64,000 bases of DNA from Octopus vulgaris (lineage: Eukaryota), in assembly GCA_951406725.2 (NCBI GenBank), contig OX597817.1, forward strand, positions 157,914,001-157,978,000, written 5' to 3'. A model generated the notes under the pieces. The model saw only the letters and a program-made list of their open reading frames with translations, made no database searches and was not told the origin of the DNA. Positions within the stretch are counted from its first letter, which is position 1. Each line of letters opens with the position of its first letter. This document shows positions 1-12,799 of this stretch, in pieces. A program made the position numbers and the translations under genes.

Positions 1-649
1 CAGGATCAACAGAAACATTCATCCCCATAACCAATGGAGCAGTAGTGTCTGTGTGTGTATTGTAAAGTTGCTATTTCAAATGAGACGACCTAATGATTAG
101 AACTCCATGTAAATCCAACATGGAAAAAAAAAAAACATTAAGGAACCATTAAGAGGAAAAGAATGCATATTTAGATTGGTCAAGAGTAGTGTTCAGAACA
201 CAGAATAACCTGTAACAAAAACAATGCGCAAACATATTTACATTCCCATATAACAGTTAAGAACATCACCATTATTGTATTACACATGCGCAGAAGTGTT
301 TACAGGAAGTATCGAATTTTTGAATGGCACTGAGTTCTTACAATTAACACTTGACATGAATAATTTGTTTCATGTTTCAAATGATCTGAGTGTAAAAAAA
401 AAAAACATTCCAAAAGTCATGATTACCATACTGTTTTCTTTATTGTTGTTATATAGGCGTAGGAGTGGCTGTGTGGTAAGTAGCTTGCTTACGAACCACA
501 TGCTTCTGAGTTCAAATACTGCCAGGGTCAACTTTATCTTTCGTCCTACCAGGGTCGATAAAATAAGTACCAGTGAAATACTGGGGTCGATGTAATCGAC
601 TAGTCCCCGCCCACAAACTTTCAGGCCTTGTGCCTTTAGTAGAAAGGAC

Positions 650-697
<48 letters not shown>

Positions 698-712
698 TAT
701 CATTATTATTAT
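650..712. repeat. (ATT)n microsatellite / SINE tail
   Basis: Directly visible. Confidence 0.95.
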
Positions 713-1204
713 TGTTAAGGAGGTGAGCTGGCAAAATCATTACCACACTGGGCTAGTAGCCTACTGGCATTTTGTCTATCACTTTGTTCTGAGTTGAAAT
801 TCCCTGAAGTTGACTTTCCTTTTCATATATTCAGGTCAATAAAATCAGTACCAGTTACACACTGGAGTTCATTTAATCAACTTGTCCTTGTGCCAAAATT
901 TTGGACCATTTTTGTTATCATTTTTGAGATTTTTTTCCTTTCAATTTTGTTTCCTTTTCTTACTGAGTGTCTTCCCAACATCTAGAGCAAGCAAATTCAC
1001 TGTATACATTGGGAGGCTATTTAAAAAAAAAAAACACACCAAATTTTTCATTTAGAAAATCAAATGAAATTATGTAGGAAAAAAATTATTTATATACTGG
1101 TGACCTTTTTCACAGTGACAATGCTCTTCTCAATATGTATGACATACCAGTCAAAACAACCTTTGCACTTCTTGCAGGGATGGTAAACCAGGGGTCATTC
1201 TTAG

Positions 1205-1237
<33 letters not shown>

Positions 1238-1420
1238 GTGGTTTACTCTTTTCACTTTTACTTGTTTCACTCATTTTAATGTGGCCATGCTAGAGCACCG
1301 CCTTTAGTCGAGCAAATCAACCCCAGGACGGGGGCGTAACACACCAGCATCAGTTGTCAAGCGATACTGGGGGGACAAACAAAGACACACAAACATATAC
1401 ACACACACACATACATACAT

Positions 1421-2028
1421 TTCGAACTTTAGGTCTCACTGAGGAAATGACTAGCAACCGAGACCTTTGGAAATATGCTGTGCGTGAAAAGACCAGGCAG
1501 GACAAGTGAGTCCAGCCCACTTATGCATGCCTTTCCTCCCTTGGACACACAAAGACCTGTTGAGGCAAGCGAAGTCGATATTGAACCTCATCCAACGACA
1601 GGCACCTATGCCAACCCCCTTTGCTGTTGGGGCAAGTGAAATCGAAATCGAAATTGAACCAATCCTATGACTGGCACCCGGCAGATGCCAGGACCCCTGG
1701 ACTGGAGATACGTAAAAAGCACTATCCGAATCATGGCCGATGCCAGCGCAGCCTCGACTAGCTTCCGTGTCGGTGGCACGTAAAATGCACCAATCCGACC
1801 GTGGCCGTTGCCAGCCTTGCCTGGCACCAGTGCAGGTGGCACGTAAAAAGCACCCACTACACTCACGGAGTGGTTGGCGTTAGGAAGGGCATCCAGCTGT
1901 AGAAACATTGCCAGATAAGACCTGGAGCCTGGTGCAGCCTTCTGGCTTCCCAGATCCCCGGTCGAACCGTCCAACCCATGCTAGCATGGAGAATGGACGT
2001 TAAATGATGATGATGATGATGATGATGA
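1421..2028 (+). mobile_element. RTE LINE 3' fragment nested in a SINE
   Basis: Encodes the same ORF2 end (...[16 protein letters not shown]) and 3' UTR as the 20-21.5 kb copy, with a (GAT)n tail. Confidence 0.88.
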
Positions 2029-2902
2029 TATATATATATACATATATACAATGGGATTCTTTCAGTTTCCATCTACCATATCCACTCACAAGGCTTTGGT
2101 CGGCCCGAGGTTATAGTAGAAGACACTTGCCCAAGGTGCCGTTTTATTTTGTGGATTTTATTTTTTAAAGCATAGCTATGAGTTGTAGTGATGTTGAATT
2201 CAAAAAGGTGGCCAAAGTTATGGGTGGAAAGCTGTACAGTGATGTGAAATGGTTGATGAGATAACAACTGTTCTGAAAATATTTGCCGATAAGGACATAA
2301 TAATACCAAAACATGCCCAGAGTTGTCTCCCATGTATGTCAAAGTAATTAAAATATTAGTCATTTTTCTCTTACTGCATAATTATGTATCATTAGCTTGA
2401 GTATCTAATTAAAAAATGCGTTAATGCTATTCAGATTGGTAGTTCCAAAGTATTTACTTCCTGAACACAAAACACACACACACAAATTAATGTGCGCGTG
2501 TGTGTGTGTTATGTGTGGTGTGTGTGTATGTGTGTCCACACTTAATTTTAGCCCATTTTATTTCTTTTTATTTATATTTCAAATTCCTGGGGAGTGGAGT
2601 TCCTACTCATCTGAGTACACAACTGATTTTCGAATAATTTCATCTTTAAAATCCCTTATAATTAATATATAATCTATCCATCTATCTATCTATCTGTTTC
2701 TTTATTAACATAGAGGGGACAAACAAGGACAGACAAACGGATTAAGTCGATTACATCAACCCCCAGTGCGTAACTGGTACTTAATTTATCGACCCCGAAA
2801 GGCAAAGTCGACCTCGGCGGAATTTGAACTCAGAACGTAACGGCAGACGAAATACGGCTACGCATTTCGCCCGGCGTGCTAACGGTTCAGCCAGTTCGCC
2901 GC

Positions 2903-2936
<34 letters not shown>

Positions 2937-2980
2937 GTCTGTCTCTCCGTCCGTCTGTCCGTCCATCCATCCATCCATCC

Positions 2981-3020
<40 letters not shown>

Positions 3021-3210
3021 GTCTGTCTGTCTGTCCGTCCGTCCGTCCATCCATCCACCCATCCATCCATCCATCCATCCATTTATCTATCTGTCTGTCT
3101 GTCTGTCCACCCATCCATCCATCCATCCGTCCGTCCGTCCGTCCGTCCATCCATCCATCCAGCCATCCACCTATCTATCCACCTATCTATCTATCTATCT
3201 ATCTATCCAA
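2903..3210. repeat. Compound tetranucleotide microsatellite (TCTA/TCTG/TCCG/TCCA)
   Basis: Directly visible. Confidence 0.95.
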
Positions 3211-3628
3211 TTAATAAATCGTTAGAGGTGCTCTTATCGCCAATTCTACATGACTTGTCTCCCTTGCCACTTGCAGTCGGCTCTCATCCAGCGCCATAAC
3301 TGTTATGACAGCATGTGCATCGCTCCGCACTTATTTCACTCATTCTTAAGATCTCGGCAATTTTCATAACGTAAATATACATCTACATAAACTATTAAGA
3401 CTCCCTTTTATTACTGATTTATAATTTCCAATAAGTTTTGAACTTCGTACGGATGTATGTACACACATAATGTATTCCTGTATATTTCCAATATATATAT
3501 ATATATATGTATGTATGTGTATATATGTATATATATATGTATGTATAAATTGTATTCATTAAATTTGCTTTCTTCCGACCGATTTATAAGTTCGATTTAT
3601 ATCGTGGAACATTAATCGTTTATTTCAG

Positions 3629-3691
3629 ATTCGGTGTAAGCAATGTATGAAGGCGTAGGAAGGATTTGATAGCAAATCACACCAGAGAATC
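3629..3691 (+). other. Candidate non-coding 5' exon of JKAMP
   Basis: tatttcag acceptor at 3628 and a strong GTAAGT donor at 3692, in non-repeat, CpG-containing sequence upstream of the coding exons. No transcript evidence. Confidence 0.45.
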
Positions 3692-4212
3692 GTAAGTAAC
3701 CTACAGCTGATGTGTTTTCCCTCTACTTGTCAAAGCAGGACAGAAATGTTAATGTCGAGTCTTAAAGCAAATTGTCTGATTAATTGTGAGAGCTATACTG
3801 GGATTTTTCTCCTTCATAAATCCCTCACGGCATCAGAGGAGGGCTTCCATCTCACCAAGCTGGGGTTTTCTTCTGTTTTTTTTTTTTGTACTGTATTTCA
3901 ACACCGTCGTTGTTTTTATCATTGAGGTGTTTGGTGTGTTGCATTCATTTGTTATTGTTTTAATTACATTAATAGTTTATATAATTCTATATTTGACTAA
4001 AGTGTCACCAAGTTGTGTAAATAAGCTCTCGAGTTGAAATTGAAATATATTATTTCATTTCAGGTAATCATTTCCTGTTGCTATTATTCGTTTCCTTTTA
4101 CAATATCCTTCCTTTTGTTTTTTAAAAAAAAACTACATTTGGCTCCACATTATGTCATAATATATCTGATATTTAAAAAAATCTTAGTCGTACCGAAAAA
4201 CTGACAATAGAC

Positions 4213-4274
<62 letters not shown>

Positions 4275-6000
4275 CCGATAGAAACCCTTTGCTCTCTATG
4301 AATAGAAGGGTTGATATGATATATAGGCTTAGTGATGGTTGCTAACAAAGGTGATCGTTGTGTTTGTTCTTTATTGACAAGTCCTGTCTAGGATATAGTA
4401 GGATATGTATTTCCATAAATCATTTGGCCATCAACTCTAAATATTTAACAATCTTAACTTAATCATAACACATCGTCCTTTACTTCCTTTGCGAGCGAAC
4501 GAGGAAGCATCTACTGGTTGCCCGACTTGCTAGAAATAGCTGTCAAATTTCCCTCACATTACTATATTTTATATTATCTTTTAAAACTGACACATTAGAT
4601 ACTGCAGTCCTAGATATACTATTTCTGAAATTAGCTACGGATAAGATCTGATGATTATTTGTAACTGTTAGAGTACTATCAATACAGGACTTTCCGAGTA
4701 GAAAATATATATTTAATATTTGTATTGAATATCACTTTGTTTACGTTTATTTCTTCATCCTTAGATTGCCAGTGAATTAGACTCTTCATATTACCCAAAA
4801 TCCTTAAACTCAACTCCTTACTCTTTTACTTGTTTCAGTCATTTGACTGCGGCCATGCTGGAGCACCACCTTTAATCGAGCAACTCAACCCCGGGACTTA
4901 TTCTTTTCTAAGCCCAGTACTTATTCAATCGGTCTCTTTTGCCGAACCGCTAAGTTACGGGGACGTAAACACACCAGCATCGGTTGTCAAGCAATGCTAG
5001 GGGGACAAACACACACGCACATAATATATATATATACATATATACGACAGGCTTCTTTCAGTTTCCGTCTACCAAATCCACTCACAAGGCTTTGGTCGGC
5101 CCGAGGCTATAGTAGAAGACACTTGGCCAAGTTGCCACACAGTGGGACTGAACCCGGAACCATGTGGTTGGTAAGCAAGCTACTTACCACACAGCCGTTT
5201 TATTCTACCTCAAAAATTTCACTGTAGTGGCATTACCTGGTTTTACCTTTCATTCTGTCTTCCTGTTTAGAAAGTTTCTTCTATTTTGTCTTTTGCAAAC
5301 TTATTTGAATTCATTGTACGTCTACATCATCACTATGCTTAGTTTCATCTTCATGGAAATAGCTATCTTATATCTACAATACTGCCTTCAGCTGCTTCTG
5401 GTCTATCATTTTCTAATATCAATTCTACATCATCAGTGGATATATCTTAGCTTTATAATTTACCAATAACTGACCTAGGATTAAACAATGGCTTCGGGTT
5501 TCTAATGATAGTTAACACTGAGATGATAATAAGGATTATCTGTTGCATGACATGTTATTGTGTTGTAGTTCCTGTTATCATTGGTTGTTGCCGTCTTATA
5601 ACATCATTCTCCACTGATGACACACACTCCTCAATGTGCTGTTATGCATTCATTTCTTATCATCTGCCCAACTATGTTTTATTGACTTTGGAATGTTGCA
5701 AACCCCTGTCAAAACTACCTGGAAGTGTTTTCCTTATGTGAATTTCCAATAAAGAAGAATGTCAGAGAATTTGTTGATGTTAGATGTGAAGATAGCTCTT
5801 AGAAAAGGAATCTAAAAATACTATTACTGAAGGGCTGTTCTATTGTTTGGTTAATGGTAAACTAGAGACAAAAGAAGGGAGTGTTACAAACCCCCAGCAT
5901 GAGATGAGGGCAGAACAAAATTAACTATAACTAGAATATTGTTAGGGGATACAATCTTAAGCTAAACTATGATAATGTAAGAATGGTTTTAAACATTTAA

Positions 6001-6438
6001 ACGTGCAACCAAACGCATACCCTCCTTCAGACACCTACCATACTCTGAGCACCTTGTTTCCCTGGGCATGGATTCACTGAAGCTCCGGCGTCTGGCGATG
6101 GACTTGGTAAACACCCACAAAGTTATCAACCACCTCACCAACAACAACACTGAACACCTTTTTGATCTCCATGTGTCCAACACACGTGGACATGCCTACA
6201 AAGTCAGACAACAACACAGCTCCCATGACTTTCGGAAACATTTTTTCATGCTCAGAGTTGCTGAAGCATGGAACAAACTGCCTGCGTCAGTTGTTGACTG
6301 CCATGACACTGCATCCTTTAAGGCCCTCATGCTTTCCGAAATCCGCCAAAACTACACCTGATTATACATACACTTTAGATGAGTTGTAGTGCACCTGAGC
6401 ACTGTACACAATGTTTTATTATATTATATTATTATTAT
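6001..6438 (+). mobile_element. CR1/L2-type LINE 3' fragment with (TAT)n tail
   Basis: RATKRIP...NTRGHAYK...HFFMLRVAEAWNKLP, the typical ORF2 C-terminus of this group. Confidence 0.85.
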
Positions 6439-6688
6439 TCTCTTAAATACATTTTATCTGATTCCATTATAGATTGCTAAGGGATCTAGAATTATTTTAG
6501 AACCTTTCAATATTCATTCAATGCCTCATTGAATTCATATCTCTTTGTGTCCAACAAGTCATCCTTCAGTCAGTTAATTTCATAATTCACAAACCAGTTG
6601 CCTGTATCTATATACACTATTGTTATTAAGTTCTTGTAAAACTGTAAAAACTTAAATGTATCCTTCTATTTTTCTTCAAGACTTCCTC

Positions 6689-6754
6689 ATGGCCCTATGT
6701 CCTGGTTTATACTGTGGGAAAACCTACGTAAATGGTCAACTTAGTGAGTGTGGG
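6689..6754 (+). CDS. JKAMP: JNK1/MAPK8-associated membrane protein, coding exon 1 (MALCPGLYCGKTYVNGQLSECG)
   Basis: Acceptor ttcaag at 6680, ATG at 6689, donor GTAAGT at 6755. CxGLYCGK...ECG matches the JKAMP N-terminus. Confidence 0.9.
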
Positions 6755-8596
6755 GTAAGTGAAATTTTTAAGAATATATATTTTTGATATAGTTTGTATA
6801 TTTTATGCTATTACATAACTGCTGTGATAAAATTATTTACATTCTTTTGAAGTGAATTACACTTAAGAAGGTTCAGCTAACACTAATGTACATCTCACTA
6901 CCTCTTAATATCAATTGCTGTGGGGAGACAGGGTAGTAGAAGTTTCAAGGGGGCTGCAGCAAACACTTGAATTATAAAAAAAACTGTAGGAAACATATGC
7001 TGTATATCCATAATACAGGTGCATGGCTTGGCTTGGTGGTTTGAGTGTTGAGCTCACAATCATGAGGTTGTGAGTTCGAATCCCGGACTGGGCTGTGTGT
7101 TGTGTTCTTGAACAAGACACTTTATTTCACATTGCTCCAGTTCACTCAGCTGTAGAAATGAGTTGCAACAATGTCACTGGTGCCAAGCTGTATCAGCCTT
7201 TGCCTTTCCCTTGGATAACATCAGTGGTGTGAAGAGGGGAGGCTGGTGTGCATTGGCGACTGCTGGTCTTCTATAAATAGCATATTTCTTTACTGCCCAC
7301 AAGGGGCTAAACACAGAGGGGACAGACAAACGGATTAAGTCGATTATATCGACTCCAGTGCGTAACTGGTACTTATTTAATCGACCCCGAAAGGATGAAA
7401 GGCAAAGTCGACCTCGGTGGAATTTGAACTCAGAGCATAGCGGCAGACGAAATACCGCTAAGCTTTTCGCTCGGCATGCTAACGTTTCTGCCAGCTCGCC
7501 GCCTTATAAACAACCTTGCCCACACTTGTTCTGCAGAGGGTAACTTTCTAGGTGCAATCCCATGATCATTCATGACCGAATGGGGTCTTTAGCCATTACC
7601 CTTTACATCAATAATAGGAAAAGCATAGATAGAGGTATATCTGGCACCAACATGACAGAATCTGCATGAAACACCCTCTTATATGTATATAAACTGGCCC
7701 TCTGTCGGTGACAACAACAAGTGTTTCAGTTGATTTGATTAGTGGAACACTCTGCTTGTTAAATTAATGTGCAGGTGGCTGAGTACTCCACAGATATGCG
7801 TATCCTTATTGTAGTTCTTGGGGAGATTCAGCGTGACACAGAATGGGACAAGGCTGGCCCTTTGAAATACAGGTACTACTAATTTTTGCCAGCTGAGTGA
7901 ACTGAAGCAACATTAAATGAAGTGTCTTGCTCAAGGACACAATGTTTTTTCCTTCTCGAGCCACGCCTGGCTCATAAGGGCCGGTTTCCTTGGTGTATAG
8001 GTTCCCCACCTGGATGGGACGCCGGTCCGTCACAGGTGAGCTGCAAGATGCAGGAGGAAAGAGTGAGAGAAATTTGTGTTGAAAGAGTCAGCAAAAGTTC
8101 GCCATTACCTTCTGCCGGAGCCACGTGGGGCTTACGTGTTTCACTCATAAACACACACATCGCCTGGCCTGAGATTCGAACCCACGATCCCTCGACCGCG
8201 AGTCCGCTGCTCTAACCACTAAGCCATGTGCCTCCACAAGAACATGATGTGCCATCAAGTATCGAAGTCACGGCCTTATGATTGTGTGCCAAATACCCTA
8301 ACCATTAAGCCACCTGCTTTCACCATATATATGTATATCCAGAGTAAAAAGGACTTGAAGAGGAATGTAGCTGTCCCCTAGTCTAAAAAGAAATACAGGA
8401 AGCATAGTCAAAGGAACAGATAAAGAGAATCTATAAGAATTACAGATAAAATTTCTTTAGAATTGAAATTATAATCTCCGTTGATATAATATAAACTTCT
8501 TAATTAGTCTTGTTTTGATTTCTATTGGTTTTTATTTTTATATATTTTCCAATAATTATTGATGATTCACTCATCACATTTGCTTCTTTCCTGCAG

Positions 8597-8751
8597 GCTT
8601 GTCCCCGTGGTTACCAGCCCAATGAAGTATCCATATGTGAAATGTGTAATGAGCTCCCTCCATTCTATGACTGTCTGTATTTAGGATTTATGGCTCTCAT
8701 ACCTTTGATTCTCCATTGGTTTTTTGTAGAATATAAGAATCGCAGATCTAG
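8597..8751 (+). CDS. JKAMP: JKAMP coding exon 2 (ACPRGYQPNEVSICEMCNELPPFYDCLYLGFMALIPLILHWFFVEY...)
   Basis: ctgcag acceptor and GTAAGT donor, 155 nt. CPRG and YDxLYLGFMAxxPLxLHWFF motifs. Confidence 0.95.
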
Positions 8752-9545
8752 GTAAGTTTTGCAAAGACATTGTAATTTTCACTAGGTTTCTTTTGACAAT
8801 TGAAGTAATTCAAAGTTCTTGTCTTTGCCATATCTGTTGAAGTGATTTTGTAAACTTTGGAAAGATTAAAAGCTCATTAAACCTTTATAAGATTTCAACT
8901 GTAGAAGCCACAATGAATCTAGTCTAATGCTCTGAGTCTACAGAATCCTCATAAATGCAATGAATTGTATTTCATTTCCACAAAATTTCTTAAAAGTTGA
9001 AAACACTTTGATTCTTGTTTAAGGGTCAAAGACCTTGGCTACTGTTACCATAGTAGACACACATGAATGATATAAAAAGCACCAACCGATCGTGGACGCT
9101 GCCAGCCTCCCCTGGCACGTAAAAAGCACCCACTACGCTCATGGAGTGGTTGGCGTTAGGAAGGGCATCCAGCTGTAGAAACACTGCCAGATCAGACGAG
9201 CCTGGTGCAGCCTCCTGGCTTCCCAGACCCCGGTCAAATCATCCAACCCGTGCTAACATGGAAAATGGATGTTAAACGATGATGATGTTATAGTATTCAT
9301 TCCCTTCCCAACAATATTATTTGATGGATGGAAGCAAAACTAATTTTGTTGCTTATCCTCAGGTCAGCAGTTATCAACCAGACTTATAATCAAAGGTGTT
9401 GTAACCATGGGTATCCTGTTTTTTACTTCTTTTTAGAACTATGGTGTCCAGTATATCATTACCTTTTTTAACAGTATTTATAGTAGAAGTTGAATTCAAC
9501 TTTATAAACCAATGAAACACTTCAATATTAGAATGATACTACTTC

Positions 9546-9942
9546 TTTTCTACTCTAGGCACAAGGCCTCAAATTTTGGGGGAAGGGGCCAGTTGATTAG
9601 ATCGACCCCAGTACACAACTGGTACTTAATTTATTGACCCCAAAAACAAGAAAGGAAAAGTCAACCTTGGCAGAATTTGAACTCAGAATATAAAGACAGA
9701 CAAAATACCTATTTCTTTACTACCCGCAAGGGGCTAAACACAGAGGGGACAAACAAGGACAGAGAAACGGATTAAGTCGATTATATTGAGCCCAGTGCGT
9801 AACTGGTACTTAATTTATCAACCCCGAAAGGATGAAAGGCAAATTTGACCTCGGCGGAATTTGAACTCAGAACGTAACGGCAGACGAAATATGGCTACGC
9901 ATTTTGCCCGGCATGCTAATGTTTCTGCCAGCTTACCGCCTT
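9546..9942 (-). mobile_element. SINE family C dimer with 18-bp TSD
   Basis: TTAGAATGATACTACTTC at 9528-9545 and 9943-9960. Confidence 0.88.
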
Positions 9943-10258
9943 TTAGAATGATACTACTTCAAGCTATGAACTGTTTACATAGTGCAATGCTGGTGACAGA
10001 ATATGAATTGCTGGCTTTTTCTGGCTGTAATCTGGTCTTCTGTTGATTCAGCCATCAGTACTTCTGCTTAGTCATTCATTCAATAAGGAACATTTTATAA
10101 GAAAAAAAACCTTGGTTTCATTATTCATATAATATGTAGTAATATGGTAATATGTATATGTAATATGGTTTCATTATTTATGTAATAATCATTTATTAAA
10201 TGATGACAATGAAAAGAATTACTACTTATTAATTAATCTGTTTTGTTTCATTTTCTAG

Positions 10259-10471
10259 AATATCATGGACACTAATACCACTGCATCTGTCTGCGCTCTT
10301 TGAATGCTTCATGTCTGCAATATTTACTTTACTTATGTTTGATCCAAAAGGGAAACTATCAATCTGGTCATGTCCAGTAAAGCGTCTCTCAGACTGGTAT
10401 ACTCTCTGGTACAACCCATCAACAAATTATGTAGACACTGTTTATTGTACTCAAGAAATTGTATATCCATT
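10259..10471 (+). CDS. JKAMP: JKAMP coding exon 3 (...HLSALFECFMSAIFTLLMFDPKG...LSDWYTLWYNPS...CTQEIVYP)
   Basis: ttctag acceptor and GTAAGT donor, 213 nt, phase consistent with neighbours. ALFEC, LSDWYT, YNPS and VYP motifs. Confidence 0.95.
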
Positions 10472-11143
10472 GTAAGTGGGCTCTTGAATTTGTTTTGTGA
10501 TATCTCTTTTTATTTTTTACTTTGGCCATGCTGGGGCACAAATTTGATGAATTTTTTTTTAGATGCGTGAATCAGTCCCAGTAGTTATTTTTTTAAGCTT
10601 GGTACTCATTCTATTGGGCTGTTTTGCTGAACCACTAAGTTATGGAGACATAAACACACCAACGCCTGTTGTCAAGCAGTGGTGGGGGATACAGATACAA
10701 ACACACACACATATACACAACGGGCTTCTTTCAGTTTCCATCAGCTGTAGAAACACTGCCAGATCAGACTCAAGCCTGGTGCAGCCTCCTGGCTTCCCAG
10801 ACCCCGGTCAAACCGTCCAACCCATGCTAGCATGGAAAATGGACGTTAAACGATGATGATGATGAAATCCACTGACAAGGCTTTGGTTGGCCTGTAGCTG
10901 AAGTAGAAGACACTTGCGCAAGGTACCATGCAATGGGACTGAACCTGAAACCATGTGGTTGGGAATGCAGACTTCTTACCACACAGTCACACCTTTGCCT
11001 ATGATATAATTATTGTGTTTTTTAAATATCTATCAGCTTTTATTTGAGATTTAAGTCTAACATTTGTCATGTCAGATATAGTTATGTATTCTGTAAATGC
11101 TTATATTGAACTAATCTGCAATATTTTTTCTCTTCAACATTAG

Positions 11144-11313
11144 GTACACAATAGTTATCATCTATTATGCATTTGCATTGGGCCTGATGCTGCTTATCCG
11201 ACCTTTGCTCTCCTACAACTGTGTCAACAAAAAAGGAACCACATCAATTTATGCTGCTCTCTATTTCTTCCCACTATTAATATGCTTACAGGCAGTATTT
11301 GGTGGTTTGTTAT
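11144..11313 (+). CDS. JKAMP: JKAMP coding exon 4 (YTIVIIYYAFALGLMLLIRPLL...SIYAALYFFPLLICLQAVFGGLL)
   Basis: cattag acceptor and GTAAGT donor, 170 nt. SIYAALYFFP and QAVxGGLL motifs. Confidence 0.95.
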
Positions 11314-11366
11314 GTAAGTTTGTTTATACAGTAGCAATATTCAATTTTCTGTTATAGTAGCTGTCA

Positions 11367-11736
11367 TCACTATATATATATGAATGGCAAAATTTCTGTC
11401 TGTGTGTGTGTCCTTTATACAAATCCACAATTTTTCAGTTAGAGGGCTCACACTTTCTATGGTCATTCAAAACCGTCCAAGGGTGGTCGTGCACATCTTT
11501 ACATTTCCCCAGTCACCCCGCAAAGCCATTAAAAAATCAATAGAAGTTACTTTTTTGTGAATTTTCTATCCAAAACTCAATCAAAATGCCCGAAACTTGA
11601 TGCGCCAATTGAATGCCAGCTAGCTGTATGTGATTGGTTGGAGATTTGGACAGTACTCGCGTGTATGTATGCAAGCACGCAGCTGTATATGCATGCACTA
11701 GCACTATGACCCGGTGTTGCCGGGTCATAGTGCTAG
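11367..11736 (+). mobile_element. Non-autonomous Helitron-like element in a JKAMP intron
   Basis: A|TC...TATATATAT start, terminal hairpin (18-bp inverted repeat, 11697-11737), CTAG|T end, no TSD. Confidence 0.75.
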
Positions 11737-12412
11737 TTGTATATATTATAGTAAGGTAGATTCTGTCCTGACAACTCCTAGTAACAGTGAAATTAGCCTT
11801 TCTCTCTAATGTTTTGGACTGTGACATTGGCCAGCCTTATCACCTTTCTTTCATCTTACATCTCCAACTTGCTTGTTCCATTTCCACTGCCTTAACTAGC
11901 TACTTTTTTTTCGCTTTCTTTTCAACAACAAAGCCTGTGAGCTCTGCCAACTCCTGGATCAACTTCCCACACTTGTGTGTGCTCACATACTTACAACTTC
12001 ACCTTTCATTCTCCATATGCCATAGTGACTCTAACCCAGACCGTCCCTTTCTGATGCCAAGCATTCAGTCTTTATTAGAGATCTCTGAAACATTTTTTCA
12101 CACTAAGACTTGCTGGAAGTATGGAACAAACTGCCGACATCAATTGTTAGTTGTCAGAGCACTGCATCCTTCAAAACTTCCATGCTTCCCGAGATTCACC
12201 AACACTACACCTATTTTCTCCCCTCTATATACACGCAAGCATGTATCTGACTCATACACTGTTCACTTCCCAGACATTTGTACATTACTGCATATGCTTT
12301 ATATGCACTTTTGACAAGTTGTGGTGCACCTGAGCACTGTATACAATAATTTCATAATTATTATTATTATTATCCCTCACTTGTACTGTGAATGAGTTTT
12401 AGTCAAGGACCT

Positions 12413-12786
12413 TGTGGAGGCGCAATAGCCCAGTGGTTAGGGCAGCGGACTCACGGTCGTAGGATTGCGGTTTTGATTCCCAGACCGGGCATTGTGAGTG
12501 TTTATTGAGCGAAAACACCAAAAGCTTCACAAGGCTCCTGCAGGGGGTGGTGGTGAACCCTGCTGTACTCTTTCACCACAACTTTCTCTCACTCTTACTT
12601 CCTGTTTCTGTTGTACCTGTATTTCAAAGGGCCAGCCTTGTCACACTCTGTGTCACGCTGAATCTCCTCGAGAACTACGTTAAGGGTACACGTGTCTGTG
12701 GAATGCTCAGCCACTTGCACGTTAATTCCACGAGCAAGCTGTTCCGTTGATCGTATCAGCTGGGACCCTCAGAGTGCTCCTATATA
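12413..12786 (+). mobile_element. tRNA-derived SINE, family A, with 14-bp TSD
   Basis: A box TAGCCCAGTGG and B-box-like GTTTTGATTCC. TTAGTCAAGGACCT duplicated at 12399-12412 and 12787-12800. Confidence 0.9.
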
Positions 12787-12799
12787 TTAGTCAAGGACC

